DNA of 64,000 nt from Escherichia coli (GTDB lineage: Bacteria > Pseudomonadota > Gammaproteobacteria > Enterobacterales > Enterobacteriaceae): assembly GCF_041886205.1 (NCBI RefSeq), contig NZ_CP169029.1, one strand, 5' to 3'. Every line of letters begins with the position of its first letter. The first letter of the stretch is position 1. The notes beneath the pieces were generated by a model. That model did not search any database and had not been told where the DNA came from. It saw only the letters and a program-made list of their open reading frames with translations. This document shows, one piece after another, positions 30,904 to 44,232 of this stretch. A program made the translations under genes and the position numbers.

Positions 30904-31718
30904 TGAGCATTAAATTAATTGCGGTAGACATGGATGGTACTTTCTTAAGCGATCAAAAAACCTATAACCGTGAGCGGTTTATGGCTCAGTATCAGCAAAT
31001 GAAAGCACAAGGCATTCGCTTTGTGGTCGCCAGCGGGAATCAATATTATCAGTTGATCTCTTTCTTCCCTGAAATTGCTAATGAAATTGCCTTTGTGGCT
31101 GAAAACGGCGGCTGGGTAGTGAGTGAAGGCAAAGATGTTTTTAATGGCGAGCTGTCGAAGGATGCGTTTGCTACTGTCGTGGAACATTTGCTGACGCGCC
31201 CGGAAGTGGAAATTATTGCCTGCGGAAAAAATAGCGCCTATACACTCAAAAAATATGACGATGCCATGAAAACGGTGGCGGAAATGTATTATCACCGTCT
31301 GGAATACGTCGATAACTTTGACAACTTAGAAGATATCTTCTTTAAGTTTGGCCTGAATCTTTCCGATGAACTAATTCCACAAGTACAAAAAGCATTACAT
31401 GAGGCCATCGGCGATATTATGGTGCCGGTCCACACCGGCAACGGCAGTATCGATCTGATTATCCCCGGCGTACATAAAGCCAATGGCCTTCGCCAACTGC
31501 AGAAATTATGGGGAATAGACGACAGCGAAGTGGTGGTCTTTGGCGATGGCGGTAACGATATTGAGATGCTGCGTCAGGCAGGCTTTAGTTTTGCAATGGG
31601 AAATGCCGGTAGCGCGGTCGTCGCAGCGGCAAAATACCGCGCAGGCTCCAATAACCGTGAAGGCGTACTGGATGTGATCGATAAAGTTCTTAAACACGAA
31701 GCGCCATTTGACCAATAA
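30903..31718 (+). CDS. ybjI: HAD-superfamily (Cof-type) phosphatase YbjI
   Basis: 271 aa; HAD motif I DMDGT; paralog of ybiV product in this window. Confidence 0.9.
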   Translation: MSIKLIAVDMDGTFLSDQKTYNRERFMAQYQQMKAQGIRFVVASGNQYYQLISFFPEIANEIAFVAENGGWVVSEGKDVFNGELSKDAFATVVEHLLTRPEVEIIACGKNSAYTLKKYDDAMKTVAEMYYHRLEYVDNFDNLEDIFFKFGLNLSDELIPQVQKALHEAIGDIMVPVHTGNGSIDLIIPGVHKANGLRQLQKLWGIDDSEVVVFGDGGNDIEMLRQAGFSFAMGNAGSAVVAAAKYRAGSNNREGVLDVIDKVLKHEAPFDQ

Positions 31719-31803
31719 AAACGGCAGCACGCCCGGCAACACAATGCCTGAATGAAGGCTGCATAATTCGCGGAAATTAACCCGCTGCATTATTTCAGGC
31801 GAA

Positions 31804-32088
31804 ATGATTATGAAAAATTGTCTACTGTTGGGCGCGCTTTTAATGGGCTTTACTGGTGTGGCGATGGCGCAAAGTGTCACCGTCGATGTGCCGAGTGGAT
31901 ACAAAGTGGTTGTGGTTCCTGATTCAGTCAGCGTTCCACAAGCGGTCAGCGTCGCGACTGTGCCGCAAACCGTCTATGTGGCTCCTGCGCCAGCTCCGGC
32001 TTACCGCCCGCATCCTTATGTTCGCCATCTTGCCAGCGTAGGTGAAGGGATGGTTATCGAACACCAGATTGACGACCATCACCATTAA
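31804..32088 (+). CDS. ybjH: Secreted small protein YbjH
   Basis: 94-aa ORF with signal peptide; synteny. Confidence 0.8.
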   Translation: MIMKNCLLLGALLMGFTGVAMAQSVTVDVPSGYKVVVVPDSVSVPQAVSVATVPQTVYVAPAPAPAYRPHPYVRHLASVGEGMVIEHQIDDHHH

Positions 32089-32094
32089 TTCGAG

Positions 32095-32130
32095 AATGCC
32101 TGATCGCACAAAGCAGTCAGGCATTTTTTT
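32095..32130 (+). terminator. Rho-independent terminator after ybjH (shared with convergent mdfA)
   Basis: aatgcctga / tcaggcatt stem followed by TTTTTTT. Confidence 0.6.
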
Positions 32131-33361
32131 ACCCTTCGTGAGAATTTCCCATCTGTTTATCTTTTAAAAAGATAACCATCAGCGACAGCCACAAAATTCC
32201 GTTGACAAGGTTGAAGAGATTAAACAGTCCGTTGCCCCCGTTCAGCCAGGCATGTTTGCTGATTTCAATACCAACGGTAAAGATCAGCATTTGCAGCATT
32301 CCCATCGCCGCAGAAACCGTACCTTTACTCATATCGCTGGCAAACAGGGTTAATCGCACCAGTCCCGCATTCGCCAGACCAATACCGAAAGCATAAATAC
32401 TTAACCCGGCAGTCATCCATAAATACGCGTGCGATGAGATAACCGTTGCCGCAGCAGCGACCAACAGACCAATCATAATCGGCCAGCCGCCCATAATTAT
32501 CAGCGAACGTACGGTGCGGCGCGAGGTCAGACGCGCTAACAGCAAGTTACCCGCAATTAACGCCCCGAAAATAGGCACTTGCAGCAAGCCATATTCATAG
32601 CTGCTCAACTGCTCGCCGGTAATGATGATAATCGGCGACTGGGCGATCCACGCCAGCAATGGCAGGCTAACGAATCCCAGCGCCAGCGCCCCCGCCACAA
32701 AGCGGCCGTTCTTCAGCACCAGCTTATAGTCACGACCGAGTTCTTTCAGTGACAGTTTCTCGCCTATACGCGTGGCGGTTTCAGGCATAGCTCGTTGCAG
32801 ACCGAAAAAGGAGATCGCTGCCAATGCGGCAAACAAAACAAACATCCCCTCCCAGGGCAGCACATGGATCCACGCCGCGCCCACCAGCGGACCAAGTAGC
32901 GGAGCAATCAGCGCCACGTTCGCCATCAGCGCGGTGATCTTGATACAAACCGCCTCTTCGAAGGATTCCTGAATTGCGGCGTATCCCACAGCGCCAATGA
33001 AACAGAGGCTTATGCCCTGCAAGAAGCGCAACAGAGTGAATTGTTCAATGTTTTGCGCCAGTAATATTGCCAGACAGGTGATGATAAACCACACCACCCC
33101 CGCCAGCATCACCGGACGGCGACCAATACGATCCGACAGCGGCCCCAGGAGCCATTGTAAAAACATCCCGCCCGCCAGATATGCGGTCATTGAAGTAGGA
33201 ACCCAATCAATGCCCGCCTGATATTGTTCCACCACGGCCAACATACCGGGTTGAATCATATCGTTGCCGATATAGGTTGAAAATTCGTAAAGCACCAGAC
33301 AGAGAGGGAAAAGTAACGCCTGACGTCCAAGCCTGGCACCGGAAGCTAATTTATTTTGCAT
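32129..33361 (-). CDS. mdfA: Multidrug efflux MFS transporter MdfA (Cmr)
   Basis: 410-aa 12-TM ORF; K-12 length and position. Confidence 0.93.
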   Translation of the reverse strand: MQNKLASGARLGRQALLFPLCLVLYEFSTYIGNDMIQPGMLAVVEQYQAGIDWVPTSMTAYLAGGMFLQWLLGPLSDRIGRRPVMLAGVVWFIITCLAILLAQNIEQFTLLRFLQGISLCFIGAVGYAAIQESFEEAVCIKITALMANVALIAPLLGPLVGAAWIHVLPWEGMFVLFAALAAISFFGLQRAMPETATRIGEKLSLKELGRDYKLVLKNGRFVAGALALGFVSLPLLAWIAQSPIIIITGEQLSSYEYGLLQVPIFGALIAGNLLLARLTSRRTVRSLIIMGGWPIMIGLLVAAAATVISSHAYLWMTAGLSIYAFGIGLANAGLVRLTLFASDMSKGTVSAAMGMLQMLIFTVGIEISKHAWLNGGNGLFNLFNLVNGILWLSLMVIFLKDKQMGNSHEG

Positions 33362-33645
33362 GCAATTTCTTCGCCAATAATAATCGCGCAGAGTTTAATA
33401 AAAGCGCAGCTAACGAGAAAGCGAATTTTGTAGCTGAAACCACGGTTAAGCACATTCTTACATTATTGCGAGTATAGCTACGCTTTCTTTAAGTTTTATT
33501 TAACCTATGCCCGTTACAATCACCCACCGTAAACAGGCCGCTTGAGGGAAATAAGACGATGCCGCTTTACCCAGTTTAACCTGCACTTTATTCTCAACGA
33601 CTTGCCTGTATTGGCTCCCTTTTAATCACTTTGCGTCGGGAAGTT

Positions 33646-34242
33646 ATGCTGGAAAATTTGAATCTCTCTCTATTCTCTCTTATTAACGCGACGCCAGACT
33701 CGGCTCCGTGGATGATCTCGTTGGCGATTTTTATTGCTAAAGATTTGATTACCGTGGTGCCGCTGCTGGCCGCGGTACTTTGGTTGTGGGGGCTTACAGC
33801 ACAACGGCAACTGGTGATAAAAATCGCTATCGCGCTGGCGGTCAGCCTGTTTGTGTCCTGGACGATGGGACATCTTTTTCCGCACGACCGCCCCTTTGTC
33901 GAAAATATCGGCTATAACTTCCTGCATCATGCGGCGGATGACTCATTCCCAAGCGACCACGGTACGGTGATTTTCACCTTTGCACTGGCATTTTTATGCT
34001 GGCATCGTCTGTGGTCCGGCTCACTTTTAATGGTGCTGGCCGTCGTCATTGCCTGGTCGCGCGTTTATCTTGGCGTCCACTGGCCGCTGGATATGCTCGG
34101 TGGATTGCTGGCAGGTATGATTGGCTGCCTTAGCGCCCAGATTATCTGGCAAGCGATAGGGCATAAACTCTATCAACGTCTGCAATCGTGGTATCGCTTC
34201 TGTTTTGCATTACCGATCCGCAAAGGCTGGGTGCGTGACTGA
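33646..34242 (+). CDS. ybjG: Undecaprenyl-diphosphate phosphatase YbjG (PAP2 family)
   Basis: ORF trimmed to ATG at 33646 (198 aa); PAP2 motifs (PSDH, SRVYLGVHWPLD). Confidence 0.9.
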   Translation: MLENLNLSLFSLINATPDSAPWMISLAIFIAKDLITVVPLLAAVLWLWGLTAQRQLVIKIAIALAVSLFVSWTMGHLFPHDRPFVENIGYNFLHHAADDSFPSDHGTVIFTFALAFLCWHRLWSGSLLMVLAVVIAWSRVYLGVHWPLDMLGGLLAGMIGCLSAQIIWQAIGHKLYQRLQSWYRFCFALPIRKGWVRD

Positions 34243-34299
34243 TCTCTGCTAAAAAGTGTAGTATTGAGCGGCTCGCTTCAATAACTATTCAGAGGGATT

Positions 34300-35058
34300 A
34301 TGGAAACACGTCGCGAAGAGCGTATCGGGCAGCTGCTGCAAGAATTAAAACGCAGCGATAAGTTACATCTTAAAGACGCCGCCGCCCTGCTTGGGGTTTC
34401 GGAGATGACGATTCGTCGCGATCTGAACAACCACAGTGCGCCCGTCGTTTTGCTCGGCGGCTATATTGTTCTGGAACCGCGCAGTGCCAGCCATTACCTG
34501 TTAAGCGATCAAAAATCCCGCCTGGTGGAAGAAAAACGCCGGGCGGCAAAACTGGCTGCGACACTGGTAGAACCCGATCAGACTCTCTTTTTTGACTGTG
34601 GCACCACCACGCCGTGGATTATTGAAGCGATTGATAATGAAATCCCTTTTACCGCCGTTTGTTATTCGCTAAATACCTTTCTGGCGCTGAAAGAGAAACC
34701 CCATTGCCGCGCATTTCTGTGCGGTGGTGAATTTCACGCCAGCAACGCCATTTTCAAACCCATCGATTTTCAGCAAACGTTGAATAATTTTTGCCCGGAT
34801 ATCGCTTTTTATTCCGCGGCGGGCGTGCATGTCAGTAAAGGCGCTACCTGTTTCAATCTTGAAGAGTTGCCGGTAAAACACTGGGCCATGTCGATGGCGC
34901 AAAAGCATGTGCTGGTTGTCGACCACAGTAAATTTGGCAAGGTGCGTCCGGCGCGCATGGGTGACCTGAAACGCTTTGATATTGTGGTGAGTGATTGTTG
35001 CCCGGAAGATGAGTATGTGAAGTACGCGCAGACGCAGCGTATTAAGTTGATGTATTAA
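34300..35058 (+). CDS. deoR: Deoxyribose operon repressor DeoR
   Basis: 252-aa ORF; N-terminal HTH, DeoR-family C-terminal domain. Confidence 0.93.
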   Translation: METRREERIGQLLQELKRSDKLHLKDAAALLGVSEMTIRRDLNNHSAPVVLLGGYIVLEPRSASHYLLSDQKSRLVEEKRRAAKLAATLVEPDQTLFFDCGTTTPWIIEAIDNEIPFTAVCYSLNTFLALKEKPHCRAFLCGGEFHASNAIFKPIDFQQTLNNFCPDIAFYSAAGVHVSKGATCFNLEELPVKHWAMSMAQKHVLVVDHSKFGKVRPARMGDLKRFDIVVSDCCPEDEYVKYAQTQRIKLMY

Positions 35059-35104
35059 TGACGTATAACCGGATGACGTTTCGCGCCATCCGGTTATCAG
35101 AAGA

Positions 35105-36307
35105 TTAAGAGAACCAGCTGCCGAACCACTGATGGAATTTCATCATCACGAAATCCCACATCCGACCAAAGAATCCGCCCTCTTCCACATTTTCCATCAC
35201 GATCAGCGGACGCTGCTCAATGGATTTACCGTTAAGCTGGAAATCAATGGTCCCGACAACCTGACCTTTTTTCAGCGGTGCGGTAAGCTGCGGTTCCGTT
35301 AACGTGTAGCTCGCCTTCAGGTTTTTCAGCTGCCCACGCGGTATGGTCACGGAGCCCGCTTCGCCTGCCCCGAGATTCACTTCGCTCTTATCACCAAACC
35401 AGACGCGCTGAGTCACAAAGGTGGCATCAGGTTTAATTGGCGTCACAGTTTCAAAGAAGCGGAAACCCCAGGTCAATAATTTCTCAGACTCATTAAAACG
35501 GATACGGTCGGTTTTCGCCCCCAGCACTACGGAGATTAAACGCATATCGCCCTGGGTAGCCGAAGCAACCAGATTATATCCCGCGCCTGCCGTGGTTCCT
35601 GTCTTCATGCCATCAACATTCAGATTGCTGCTCCACAGCAGACGGTTACGGTTAGGCTGACGAATTTTGTTGAAGGTGAACTCTTTCTCTTTATGAATGG
35701 CGTACTCTTCCGGCACATCGTGGATCAATGCTTTGCCCAGCAATGCCATATCGCGCGCGGTACTGAACTGCCCCGGCGCATCCAGACCGTGCACCGTCTG
35801 GAAGGTAGTGTTGGTCAGACCCAGTTTTTTGGCATAACCATTCATCAAACCAATAAATGACTCCTGGCTCCCGGCAACGTAATCGGCCAGCGCAATACAG
35901 GCGTCATTACCGGACTGGATAATCACACCTTTGTTCAAGTCTGCCACCGAAACCTGATCGCCCGGTTTGAGGAACATTACCGATGAACCACGCAGTGCCG
36001 GATTTCCCGTCGCCCAGGCATCTTTACCGACCGTCACCATATCGGTGAGTTTAATCTTATCGGCCTTAAGCGCCTGCCCAACCACATAGCTGGTCATGAT
36101 TTTAGTCAGGCTCGCGGGATCCAGTTTCTCATCCGCGTTGCCTTCTGCCAGCACTTTACCGCTGGCGTAATCCATTAAAATCCATGCACGCGCATCCACG
36201 CTCGGCGCTTCAACGGTTTGTTCCGCCGCGAATGCCGTTGGGGCAAAAAGGAATAAAAATGCAGAACCCGCTGCAAGACCACGAAGGAGAGAGGAGTATT
36301 GCGTCAT
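35105..36307 (-). CDS. dacC: D-alanyl-D-alanine carboxypeptidase DacC (PBP6)
   Basis: ORF trimmed to ATG at 36307 (400 aa); signal peptide; active-site SxxK (ASLTK) motif. Confidence 0.93.
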   Translation of the reverse strand: MTQYSSLLRGLAAGSAFLFLFAPTAFAAEQTVEAPSVDARAWILMDYASGKVLAEGNADEKLDPASLTKIMTSYVVGQALKADKIKLTDMVTVGKDAWATGNPALRGSSVMFLKPGDQVSVADLNKGVIIQSGNDACIALADYVAGSQESFIGLMNGYAKKLGLTNTTFQTVHGLDAPGQFSTARDMALLGKALIHDVPEEYAIHKEKEFTFNKIRQPNRNRLLWSSNLNVDGMKTGTTAGAGYNLVASATQGDMRLISVVLGAKTDRIRFNESEKLLTWGFRFFETVTPIKPDATFVTQRVWFGDKSEVNLGAGEAGSVTIPRGQLKNLKASYTLTEPQLTAPLKKGQVVGTIDFQLNGKSIEQRPLIVMENVEEGGFFGRMWDFVMMKFHQWFGSWFS

Positions 36308-36553
36308 AAATGCCACCCGAGTATCCATTCAAAAAAAATACGTTATATCGCCGTATGATAAGTTCGGTGATTAATAACGCACACACAAACTTAAAGAAAC
36401 CGTAAGTTGGTAAAGTTTTTAAAGTTTATGCAATATCCTGCCGCTTCGCTGCTTCTGGTGTCATTTTTTTGCCAGCTGTTGCTTAAAAGTTAACTTTACT
36501 TCACCATCGGAGTCCTGTTCAGCCTGTGGCTGCCTGTCGGAAAAGGGGTGAGT

Positions 36554-37180
36554 ATGATTACGCTGTGGGGTCGGAATAATTCAACTAACGTAAAAAAAGT
36601 ATTGCTGACGCTCGAAGAACTGGAACTACCTTATGAGCAAATTCTCGCGGGCCGTGAGTTTGGGATAAATCACGATGCTGATTTTCTGGCGATGAACCCT
36701 AACGGGCTGGTGCCGTTGTTGCGTGACGACGAAAGTGATCTCATTCTTTGGGAATCAAACGCCATTGTCCGCTATCTGGCGGCACAGTACGGGCAAAAAC
36801 GCCTGTGGATCGACTCACCGGCACGTCGTGCGGAAGCGGAAAAATGGATGGACTGGGCAAACCAGACGCTCAGTAATGCTCATCGCGGGATCCTGATGGG
36901 ATTAGTCAGAACACCACCGGAAGAGCGCGATCAGGCCGCCATTGATGCCAGTTGCAAAGAGTGCGACGCCCTGTTTGCCCTGCTCGATGCGGAACTGGCA
37001 AAAGTAAAATGGTTCTCTGGCGACGAGTTTGGTGTGGGCGATATCGCTATCGCACCGTTCATCTACAATTTGTTTAACGTTGGCCTGACCTGGACACCGC
37101 GTCCAAATCTGCAACGCTGGTATCAGCAACTCACTGAACGCCCCGCAGTGCGCAAAGTGGTGATGATTCCCGTTAGCTAA
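36554..37180 (+). CDS. gstB: Glutathione S-transferase GstB
   Basis: 208 aa; GST N- and C-terminal domain pattern; synteny. Confidence 0.9.
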
Positions 37181-38292
37181 TTGCGTGGGCTAACTTTAAG
37201 TAATTCCCCACTGGACTCGTCGGTGAGAACGTATAAATAACCGTCGGGTCCAGTGCGAACATCACGAATTCGCTGCCCTCTGTCCGTTAAAATACGGCCA
37301 TCTTCTGTCACTTTGTCGCCGTTGACGCTCATCACAATGACATCTTTATCTTTCAGCGCGCCAATAAATAATTTTTGCTGCCACTGGGGGAATTTATCGC
37401 TGTTATAGAAGGCCATGCCGCTCACAGCGGGCGAATCTTTCCAGTAAAAAACAGGTTGCTCGGTCCCGGCGACGATCTCCCCTTTCGCTTCCGGTATCTT
37501 AAAGCCTGAATAGTTGATTCCCCAGGTTGCCAGCGGCCAGCCGTAGTTTTTGCCTTTTTGCGGGATATTAATTTCATCACCACCGCGCGGGCCATGTTCA
37601 TTCAGCCACAGTGCATTACTCCACGGATTCATCGCCATTCCTTGCGGATTACGAATGCCATAAGACCAGATCTCGGCGCGCGCACCGGATTCCTTTATAA
37701 AAGGATTATCATCCGGGATTTCGCCCTGGTCGGTCAGACGCACCAGTTTGCCCTGTAATTTATCCAGATCCTGCGCCGTCGGGCGCTGATTGTTTTCGCC
37801 CAGAGCAATAAAAAGATAACCTTTACCGTCGAATACCAGCCGCCCGCCAAAATGGTTGCCGGTAGACAGTTTTGGCATCTGGCGAAAGACGGTGCGGAAG
37901 TCGGTCACTTTTGAGAGATCATCACTTAAGCGGCCATAACCCACAGCAGTTCCGGCTTTGCCATCATCGCCAACTTCGGAATAACTTAACCAGATGCGGC
38001 GAGACTGAGCAAAATCAGGCGCTAAAACCACGTCCAGCAGGCCGCCCTGCCCGTGCGCCCAAACGTCCGGCACTCCGGAAAGCGGCGCAGATAATCCTTT
38101 TCCTGCTTGCCAGTGACGCAACTCGCCGCCGCGCAGAGTGATTAACATACCGTGATTATCGGGTAAAAAGGCCAGTGACCAGGGATGGTCGAGTTTGTCT
38201 TGCAGTACTTCGACATTTACCGTTGCAGGAGCCGCCCAGAGAGCGGAAGAAAGACAAATAAGGGGCACAAGGAAAAAGAATGGTCGATGCAT
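37177..38292 (-). CDS. yliI: Soluble aldose sugar dehydrogenase YliI (PQQ-dependent)
   Basis: 371-aa ORF with signal peptide; K-12 length. Confidence 0.9.
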
Positions 38293-38402
38293 AACGCCTC
38301 CGGATTGACTCTGGCTTAAAGCGTAGTCAGTGGAGGAGATAACAAATTCATTTTTACAAAAACTTAAACATGAAGGGGGAGACGCTTTCTCCCCCTTAGT
38401 TT

Positions 38403-38786
38403 TCAGGCCTTCTCAAGCATGGCGTGCTTCTGCAGGCTCTGGATACTCAGCGTTAAGCTCATCAGACAATTTTCAAGCTTATCGGCGTTGACGGTAATAA
38501 CAGTCGGGCAATCATGGTGCCCACTCATCAAACATACTGCGGCTGTCGCTAATGCTTCTTCAGCATGATGAAGAGCACTCCACTCTTCCTGATCCAGATG
38601 AAGATTCAACCGCAGCGATTTATCGTGCAGTTCGCGATTCAGTTTAAAAAAGTTATCTCGTAGATGATTGCTTTCGCTGACGGACATGTATCCTTTTGCC
38701 TTCCTCAGTTGCACGTATGCGGCGAGGTCAACGCGTGCGTCGATCAACCGGTTCAGCAGATCGATTCGCTGTCTGTCAACGAACAT
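38403..38786 (-). CDS. bssR: Biofilm regulator BssR
   Basis: ORF trimmed to ATG at 38786 (127 aa); synteny. Confidence 0.88.
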   Translation of the reverse strand: MFVDRQRIDLLNRLIDARVDLAAYVQLRKAKGYMSVSESNHLRDNFFKLNRELHDKSLRLNLHLDQEEWSALHHAEEALATAAVCLMSGHHDCPTVITVNADKLENCLMSLTLSIQSLQKHAMLEKA

Positions 38787-38998
38787 ACTTCGATCCTCCT
38801 CTTTCCAGCCTTGTTGCAATTAAATAGTATGGCTATTTTTTGAGCAAAATGCTGTCCAGGATCAATTCTTCACGCCGAATTAACAAAATTTACATTTCCT
38901 TCGCCTCCGCCAGCGAATGAGATTGCGATACAAATTTTATCCAGAACTCTGTAGAATCCCTGCCCTGACCTTTCCTGTAACTGAATATTTTTTAAGCT

Positions 38999-40324
38999 AT
39001 GAGCAAAGTAACTCCCCAGCCGAAAATCGGCTTTGTTTCCCTTGGCTGTCCGAAAAACCTTGTTGATTCAGAGCGTATTCTCACCGAACTCCGCACTGAA
39101 GGTTATGACGTGGTACCGAGCTATGACGATGCGGACATGGTGATCGTCAACACCTGCGGCTTTATTGACAGCGCGGTACAAGAATCACTGGAAGCCATTG
39201 GTGAAGCGTTGAATGAAAACGGCAAGGTTATTGTGACCGGTTGTCTGGGGGCAAAAGAAGATCAGATCCGCGAAGTCCACCCGAAAGTGCTGGAAATCAC
39301 CGGGCCTCATAGCTATGAGCAGGTTCTGGAGCACGTTCATCACTACGTGCCGAAACCGAAACACAACCCATTCCTGAGCCTGGTGCCAGAACAAGGTGTG
39401 AAACTGACGCCGCGTCATTATGCCTATCTGAAAATTTCTGAAGGCTGTAATCACCGCTGCACCTTCTGCATTATTCCGTCTATGCGCGGCGACCTGGTGA
39501 GCCGTCCGATTGGCGAAGTGTTAAGTGAAGCGAAACGTCTGGTAGATGCGGGCGTTAAAGAGATTCTGGTGATCTCGCAGGATACTTCCGCCTATGGCGT
39601 TGATGTTAAACATCGTACTGGCTTCCACAACGGCGAGCCGGTAAAAACCAGCATGGTCAGCCTGTGCGAACAGTTATCGAAACTGGGGATCTGGACACGT
39701 CTGCACTACGTTTACCCTTATCCGCATGTGGACGACGTCATCCCACTGATGGCAGAAGGCAAAATCCTGCCGTATCTGGACATTCCGTTGCAGCACGCCA
39801 GCCCGCGCATTCTCAAACTGATGAAGCGTCCGGGTTCTGTAGATCGCCAACTGGCGCGCATCAAACAGTGGCGCGAAATCTGCCCGGAACTGACCCTACG
39901 CTCAACCTTTATTGTCGGCTTCCCTGGCGAGACGGAAGAAGATTTCCAGATGCTACTCGACTTCCTGAAAGAAGCGCGTCTGGATCGCGTTGGCTGCTTT
40001 AAATACAGCCCGGTTGAAGGTGCAGACGCCAATGCCCTGCCTGACCAGGTTCCGGAAGAAGTGAAAGAAGAACGCTGGAACCGTTTCATGCAGCTGCAGC
40101 AGCAGATTTCCGCCGAGCGCCTGCAAGAGAAAGTGGGCCGTAAAATTCTGGTGATTATCGACGAAGTGGACGAAGAAGGCGCAATTGGTCGCAGCATGGC
40201 AGATGCACCGGAAATCGACGGCGCGGTTTATCTCAATGGTGAAACCAACGTTAAGCCGGGTGATATCCTGCGTGTGAAAGTCGAGCACGCCGATGAGTAC
40301 GATTTGTGGGGTAGCCGGGTTTAA
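38999..40324 (+). CDS. rimO: Ribosomal protein S12 methylthiotransferase RimO (radical SAM)
   Basis: 441-aa ORF; radical-[11 protein letters not shown] motif; N-terminal MTTase Cys residues. Confidence 0.95.
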   Translation: MSKVTPQPKIGFVSLGCPKNLVDSERILTELRTEGYDVVPSYDDADMVIVNTCGFIDSAVQESLEAIGEALNENGKVIVTGCLGAKEDQIREVHPKVLEITGPHSYEQVLEHVHHYVPKPKHNPFLSLVPEQGVKLTPRHYAYLKISEGCNHRCTFCIIPSMRGDLVSRPIGEVLSEAKRLVDAGVKEILVISQDTSAYGVDVKHRTGFHNGEPVKTSMVSLCEQLSKLGIWTRLHYVYPYPHVDDVIPLMAEGKILPYLDIPLQHASPRILKLMKRPGSVDRQLARIKQWREICPELTLRSTFIVGFPGETEEDFQMLLDFLKEARLDRVGCFKYSPVEGADANALPDQVPEEVKEERWNRFMQLQQQISAERLQEKVGRKILVIIDEVDEEGAIGRSMADAPEIDGAVYLNGETNVKPGDILRVKVEHADEYDLWGSRV

Positions 40325-40370
40325 TTAATTCAGGCCGGGCAAAATCATTTGTCCGGCCTGCGAATAATGA

Positions 40371-41699
40371 TTACTGCCAGCTAATCTGTGCCCTGCCGTT
40401 TTTCTTACTCTTATACAGCCGCTCATCCGCCAGCATTTTCAAGCGTTCGACGGTAGGACATTCATTTGAATGTGCTACACCGATACTGGTACTTAAATTA
40501 ATGCTTCCCACCTGGAAATGAACGATTTCTTTTAGAATCGATAGCAACTCTTCCAGCGTTCCACCCGTATAAATCACCGCAAATTCGTCACCGCCGAAGC
40601 GGTAGACTTTACCTTTATCTACCGGGATCTGTGATTTAAGGATTTTCACCACTTTCATCAACACTTCATCGCCCAGCAAATGACCGAAGGTGTCGTTAAT
40701 GTTTTTGAATTTATCGACGTCAAACAGGCACAAATAACCGCCTTTTTCCGGCAGCGCTTTTAAATCTTCGTCAAAGGATTTTCTGCCCATTGCTTTGGTC
40801 AGGTCGTCCAGGAACGCCGAGTTATACATACTGTAGAGTTTTTTGACATCGGCAGCCGAAAAGAAAAGCCCGCCATCCAGTACGCGTTCAAAATGGTTAT
40901 TAATGATGGCTTCTTTCTCCACAATACCACGATTAATCACTCTGCGTACCAGATAGAGGCAACTGGCACCCGATATCACTGCCACCAATGCGGCAAAGAA
41001 AATAATCAATGTACAAACCCGCAAATAAACATCTTTTTTATACGCAAATACATACAATCCGGTCGGCAAATAGGCGAAGTGCTCCATCGCTTCCGAAACG
41101 GTGAAGATGGCGTTTTTAGCATTATATTCATCACCGGTCACCGGTTTACCGTTCTTAAATAGAGAGAACATCAGGTTCTCGCTGTCCATCGCCAGCGATT
41201 TTGACAGTAAAGAAAAACGCTCCAGACCAAGCAAAAATATCAGACTACGATTGTGAGTTACCGGATAGAGGTAATAGACGAAGGTTTTACCGTCAAAAGA
41301 GATAAACCCTGTATTTTTGACATGTCGATACTTCACAACCTGCATAATATCTGCACAATAATTTTTCTCGAACTCCTTTACCTGAATACATTCGTCACTG
41401 GAAATCAGATAAGGACCGACATCGTACAAATAAGAGGGGGAAACCGAGTCGGCGTAAGCTGTGCGCAAACCAACCAACAGCTGTTCCTCCGTGGGATTTA
41501 GCGTGTTGATAAGATCAATTGCCACGCTACGCCGATATTCAGCAATATTTGCCACCGCAAAAGCAGTATCAATAACGGACTGTTTCAGGCTATACACCCG
41601 TTCCTTTACCATTTGAGTGTAGATCCCGCAGGCAACTGCTGAAATCATGATAAAAATCAGCAGACTGACTGTAAGTACGAACTTATTGATTCTGGACAT
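40371..41699 (-). CDS. dgcI: Diguanylate cyclase DgcI (YliF)
   Basis: 442-aa ORF; GGDEF motif (RFGGDEFAV) in C-terminal domain; N-terminal membrane/periplasmic region. Confidence 0.9.
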   Translation of the reverse strand: MSRINKFVLTVSLLIFIMISAVACGIYTQMVKERVYSLKQSVIDTAFAVANIAEYRRSVAIDLINTLNPTEEQLLVGLRTAYADSVSPSYLYDVGPYLISSDECIQVKEFEKNYCADIMQVVKYRHVKNTGFISFDGKTFVYYLYPVTHNRSLIFLLGLERFSLLSKSLAMDSENLMFSLFKNGKPVTGDEYNAKNAIFTVSEAMEHFAYLPTGLYVFAYKKDVYLRVCTLIIFFAALVAVISGASCLYLVRRVINRGIVEKEAIINNHFERVLDGGLFFSAADVKKLYSMYNSAFLDDLTKAMGRKSFDEDLKALPEKGGYLCLFDVDKFKNINDTFGHLLGDEVLMKVVKILKSQIPVDKGKVYRFGGDEFAVIYTGGTLEELLSILKEIVHFQVGSINLSTSIGVAHSNECPTVERLKMLADERLYKSKKNGRAQISWQ

Positions 41700-41706
41700 A
41701 CGTAAA

Positions 41707-44055
41707 CTACTCTTTTACTAATTTTCCACTTTTATCCCAGGCGGAGAATGGCATGGGTTTCTGGTACAGATACCCCTGAGCCTGAACACATCCTAATTTA
41801 ATTAATTCGCGCGCAACGTCTTCGCTCTCTACGCCTTCCGCAATCACCGGGATCCGGTTATAGCGTGCCAGATCGAAAATAATGCGCACAATTTTTCCCG
41901 CAGTACCGAAAATATCGCCGGTAAATTGCGAGTCCACCTTTATGCTGTCTGGATTAATTTCATAAAAACGTTTCAGGTTTGACAAACCGGTGCCAAAGTC
42001 ATCAATCGATATCCGTACCCCTTGTTTACGCAGTTGTTCAATATTGAGATAAAAATGTTCATTAATTCGCTCGATCACGGTTTCAGTGATCTCAACACAG
42101 AGGCTGTTCGCCTTCAGGCCATTTTCTTTCATGATGGTGGTAAAACACTCATGAAAGTGCGGTTCGTTTAACTGCCAGGGCGAAACATTAATATGCAGTA
42201 AGAAATCATCCTTCAGCGACGCACGCTGACTAAAATGTCTGAATTCACCCATTGCCGTTTTAATAATCTGATAACCCAGCTCATTGATAAACCCGATATC
42301 TTCAGCAATGGTAATGAACTTCAGCGGTGAAATGATCCCCCGCTCCGCAGAAACCCAACGGCACAACGCCTCCGCGCCCAGAATGGCGCGGGTGTTAATA
42401 TCAACGATCGGTTGATAGACGAGGAATAGTTCGCCAATTTCCATTGCATGGCGAATATTACGCGCAATCCAGATATTCTCTTCTATTTCGTTGAGTTTCG
42501 CGTCATCACAGAAAATAAACTCGGAGAACATATGGTCACGGATACTGGAAATCGCCAGTTTCAGTTTTTCTGCGTAACTCCAGGCGTTTTCCCCCTGCAA
42601 AGGTTCACAAATGGCAGACTTATGGATGCGCAGATTGCGGTAGCCAAAGCTGCTGTCAAAATCGTTTACCATCGCTATTTTACGGGTAAATGTCTGTACA
42701 TTTTCCCGACACAGAAGTAAATAGAGATCGGCATTGAATGTCACGATATCGCAGCATTGCGCATATTTCTCGGCAATTCGCTGACACAATTTCCTGACGA
42801 TTTTATTGCGTTCATCAACACCAAACACCGCTTCCACGGCTTCCAGACCACACAGTTTGATGATCCCCACAGCCAGATACTGATTATTGTTGGACTCAAT
42901 AATCGCCATATTTTTAATAAAACCGCTTTCCTGATCGTAAGAGATCAGTGAGAGCAATTTATTTGACCGTTCAATTTCGGCATCTTTCATTTCCGCGATC
43001 GAATTTTTGATGCTGATAATCTCTTTCGCATCGCCTTCGCGAATTTTCAGAGCCTCGATCTGATCCGTTGAGTCGGGCAAAAACGCCAGCGTATTAACCA
43101 GCTCGGTCATTTCAGAAAATTGCCGACGGAACACACGAGTGGTCATGAAATATACCACCAGCAACACGATAATAATGAACGCAAACGGTAGATAAAAAAG
43201 TTTATCTGATGCGTTCAATAAATTACCGCCAGGATAATAAAAATAGATTTCGAACAATGCATTATTTGGCACTGCTGATGTCTTTGCAATATACTCCGTA
43301 TCGACAGAATCAATAATATTATAATTACCTTCGCTATTATAAATAATCAGTTTTTCACGAGCGAGTTGATTCTTGGCAATGATCTCATGACCTTGTTTCA
43401 AAAATAGAACTTCATCATTAGCGCTGATTTGATCAAGATACTCGTTCAGATACCGCCAGTTTAAATCGACATGAATTTTATCTACCGCTAACAAATCGTG
43501 ATCTTTGCCGTTGATACGTAGCGTAAAAGAGATACATTTTTTACCCGGACGATCAAAGCAATTGTTTGCCGGATTCCAGCTGTTGTTAGAGTCATCTGAA
43601 GCCACCGACCACGGTCGTTTCGATGGGTTAAAATCGGCAAAAATAACCCGCCCTGACTCGTCGACAAGCGGTCCATTTACTTGTTCCTGATGATAAACAA
43701 CGATTTTATCATTCGCCCTCCGCGAAAAGAGATAATATTTATTATCATCAAGTACCAGTCCCACCGAGTCTAAAAATGGCATCATTTCCATTTTCAGAAT
43801 CACGGCGCGTTGAATCTCCTCTGTATTTTTTAATAAATACAGTGAGTCCTTTAATGTCAGGGCCGAACGTTCAATATCTTTAAAGAAATAGCCAACGTTT
43901 TTCTGAATAAGTTCAAAGCGGCTATCGGCACGTTTTACCGCGCGTTCCGATACCAGTTGATAGTTAATGATGAAAAAAAGACCAATAAATGACAGTGCTG
44001 CCAATAAAAATAAAATTATCAGCCTTATCTTTATCTTTTCGTATAAACTCAGCAT
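41707..44055 (-). CDS. pdeI: c-di-GMP phosphodiesterase PdeI (YliE), EAL domain
   Basis: ORF trimmed to ATG at 44055 (782 aa); EAL signature (GAEALCRW) in C-terminal domain. Confidence 0.88.
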   Translation of the reverse strand: MLSLYEKIKIRLIILFLLAALSFIGLFFIINYQLVSERAVKRADSRFELIQKNVGYFFKDIERSALTLKDSLYLLKNTEEIQRAVILKMEMMPFLDSVGLVLDDNKYYLFSRRANDKIVVYHQEQVNGPLVDESGRVIFADFNPSKRPWSVASDDSNNSWNPANNCFDRPGKKCISFTLRINGKDHDLLAVDKIHVDLNWRYLNEYLDQISANDEVLFLKQGHEIIAKNQLAREKLIIYNSEGNYNIIDSVDTEYIAKTSAVPNNALFEIYFYYPGGNLLNASDKLFYLPFAFIIIVLLVVYFMTTRVFRRQFSEMTELVNTLAFLPDSTDQIEALKIREGDAKEIISIKNSIAEMKDAEIERSNKLLSLISYDQESGFIKNMAIIESNNNQYLAVGIIKLCGLEAVEAVFGVDERNKIVRKLCQRIAEKYAQCCDIVTFNADLYLLLCRENVQTFTRKIAMVNDFDSSFGYRNLRIHKSAICEPLQGENAWSYAEKLKLAISSIRDHMFSEFIFCDDAKLNEIEENIWIARNIRHAMEIGELFLVYQPIVDINTRAILGAEALCRWVSAERGIISPLKFITIAEDIGFINELGYQIIKTAMGEFRHFSQRASLKDDFLLHINVSPWQLNEPHFHECFTTIMKENGLKANSLCVEITETVIERINEHFYLNIEQLRKQGVRISIDDFGTGLSNLKRFYEINPDSIKVDSQFTGDIFGTAGKIVRIIFDLARYNRIPVIAEGVESEDVARELIKLGCVQAQGYLYQKPMPFSAWDKSGKLVKE

Positions 44056-44232
44056 GTTAATACATTTAACAAAATAACTATCTGAACGCTGTGCCGCTGC
44101 AAAAATAGTCCCTTGCTGCGGCTTTTTAACCAAATTACCCGATTCTACAAAATCAGCAGAAAGTTACAACACTTGCTTAGGGCAATAATTTCCTGTGAGG
44201 TGATTACCCTTTTAAGCAATATTCAAACGTAA

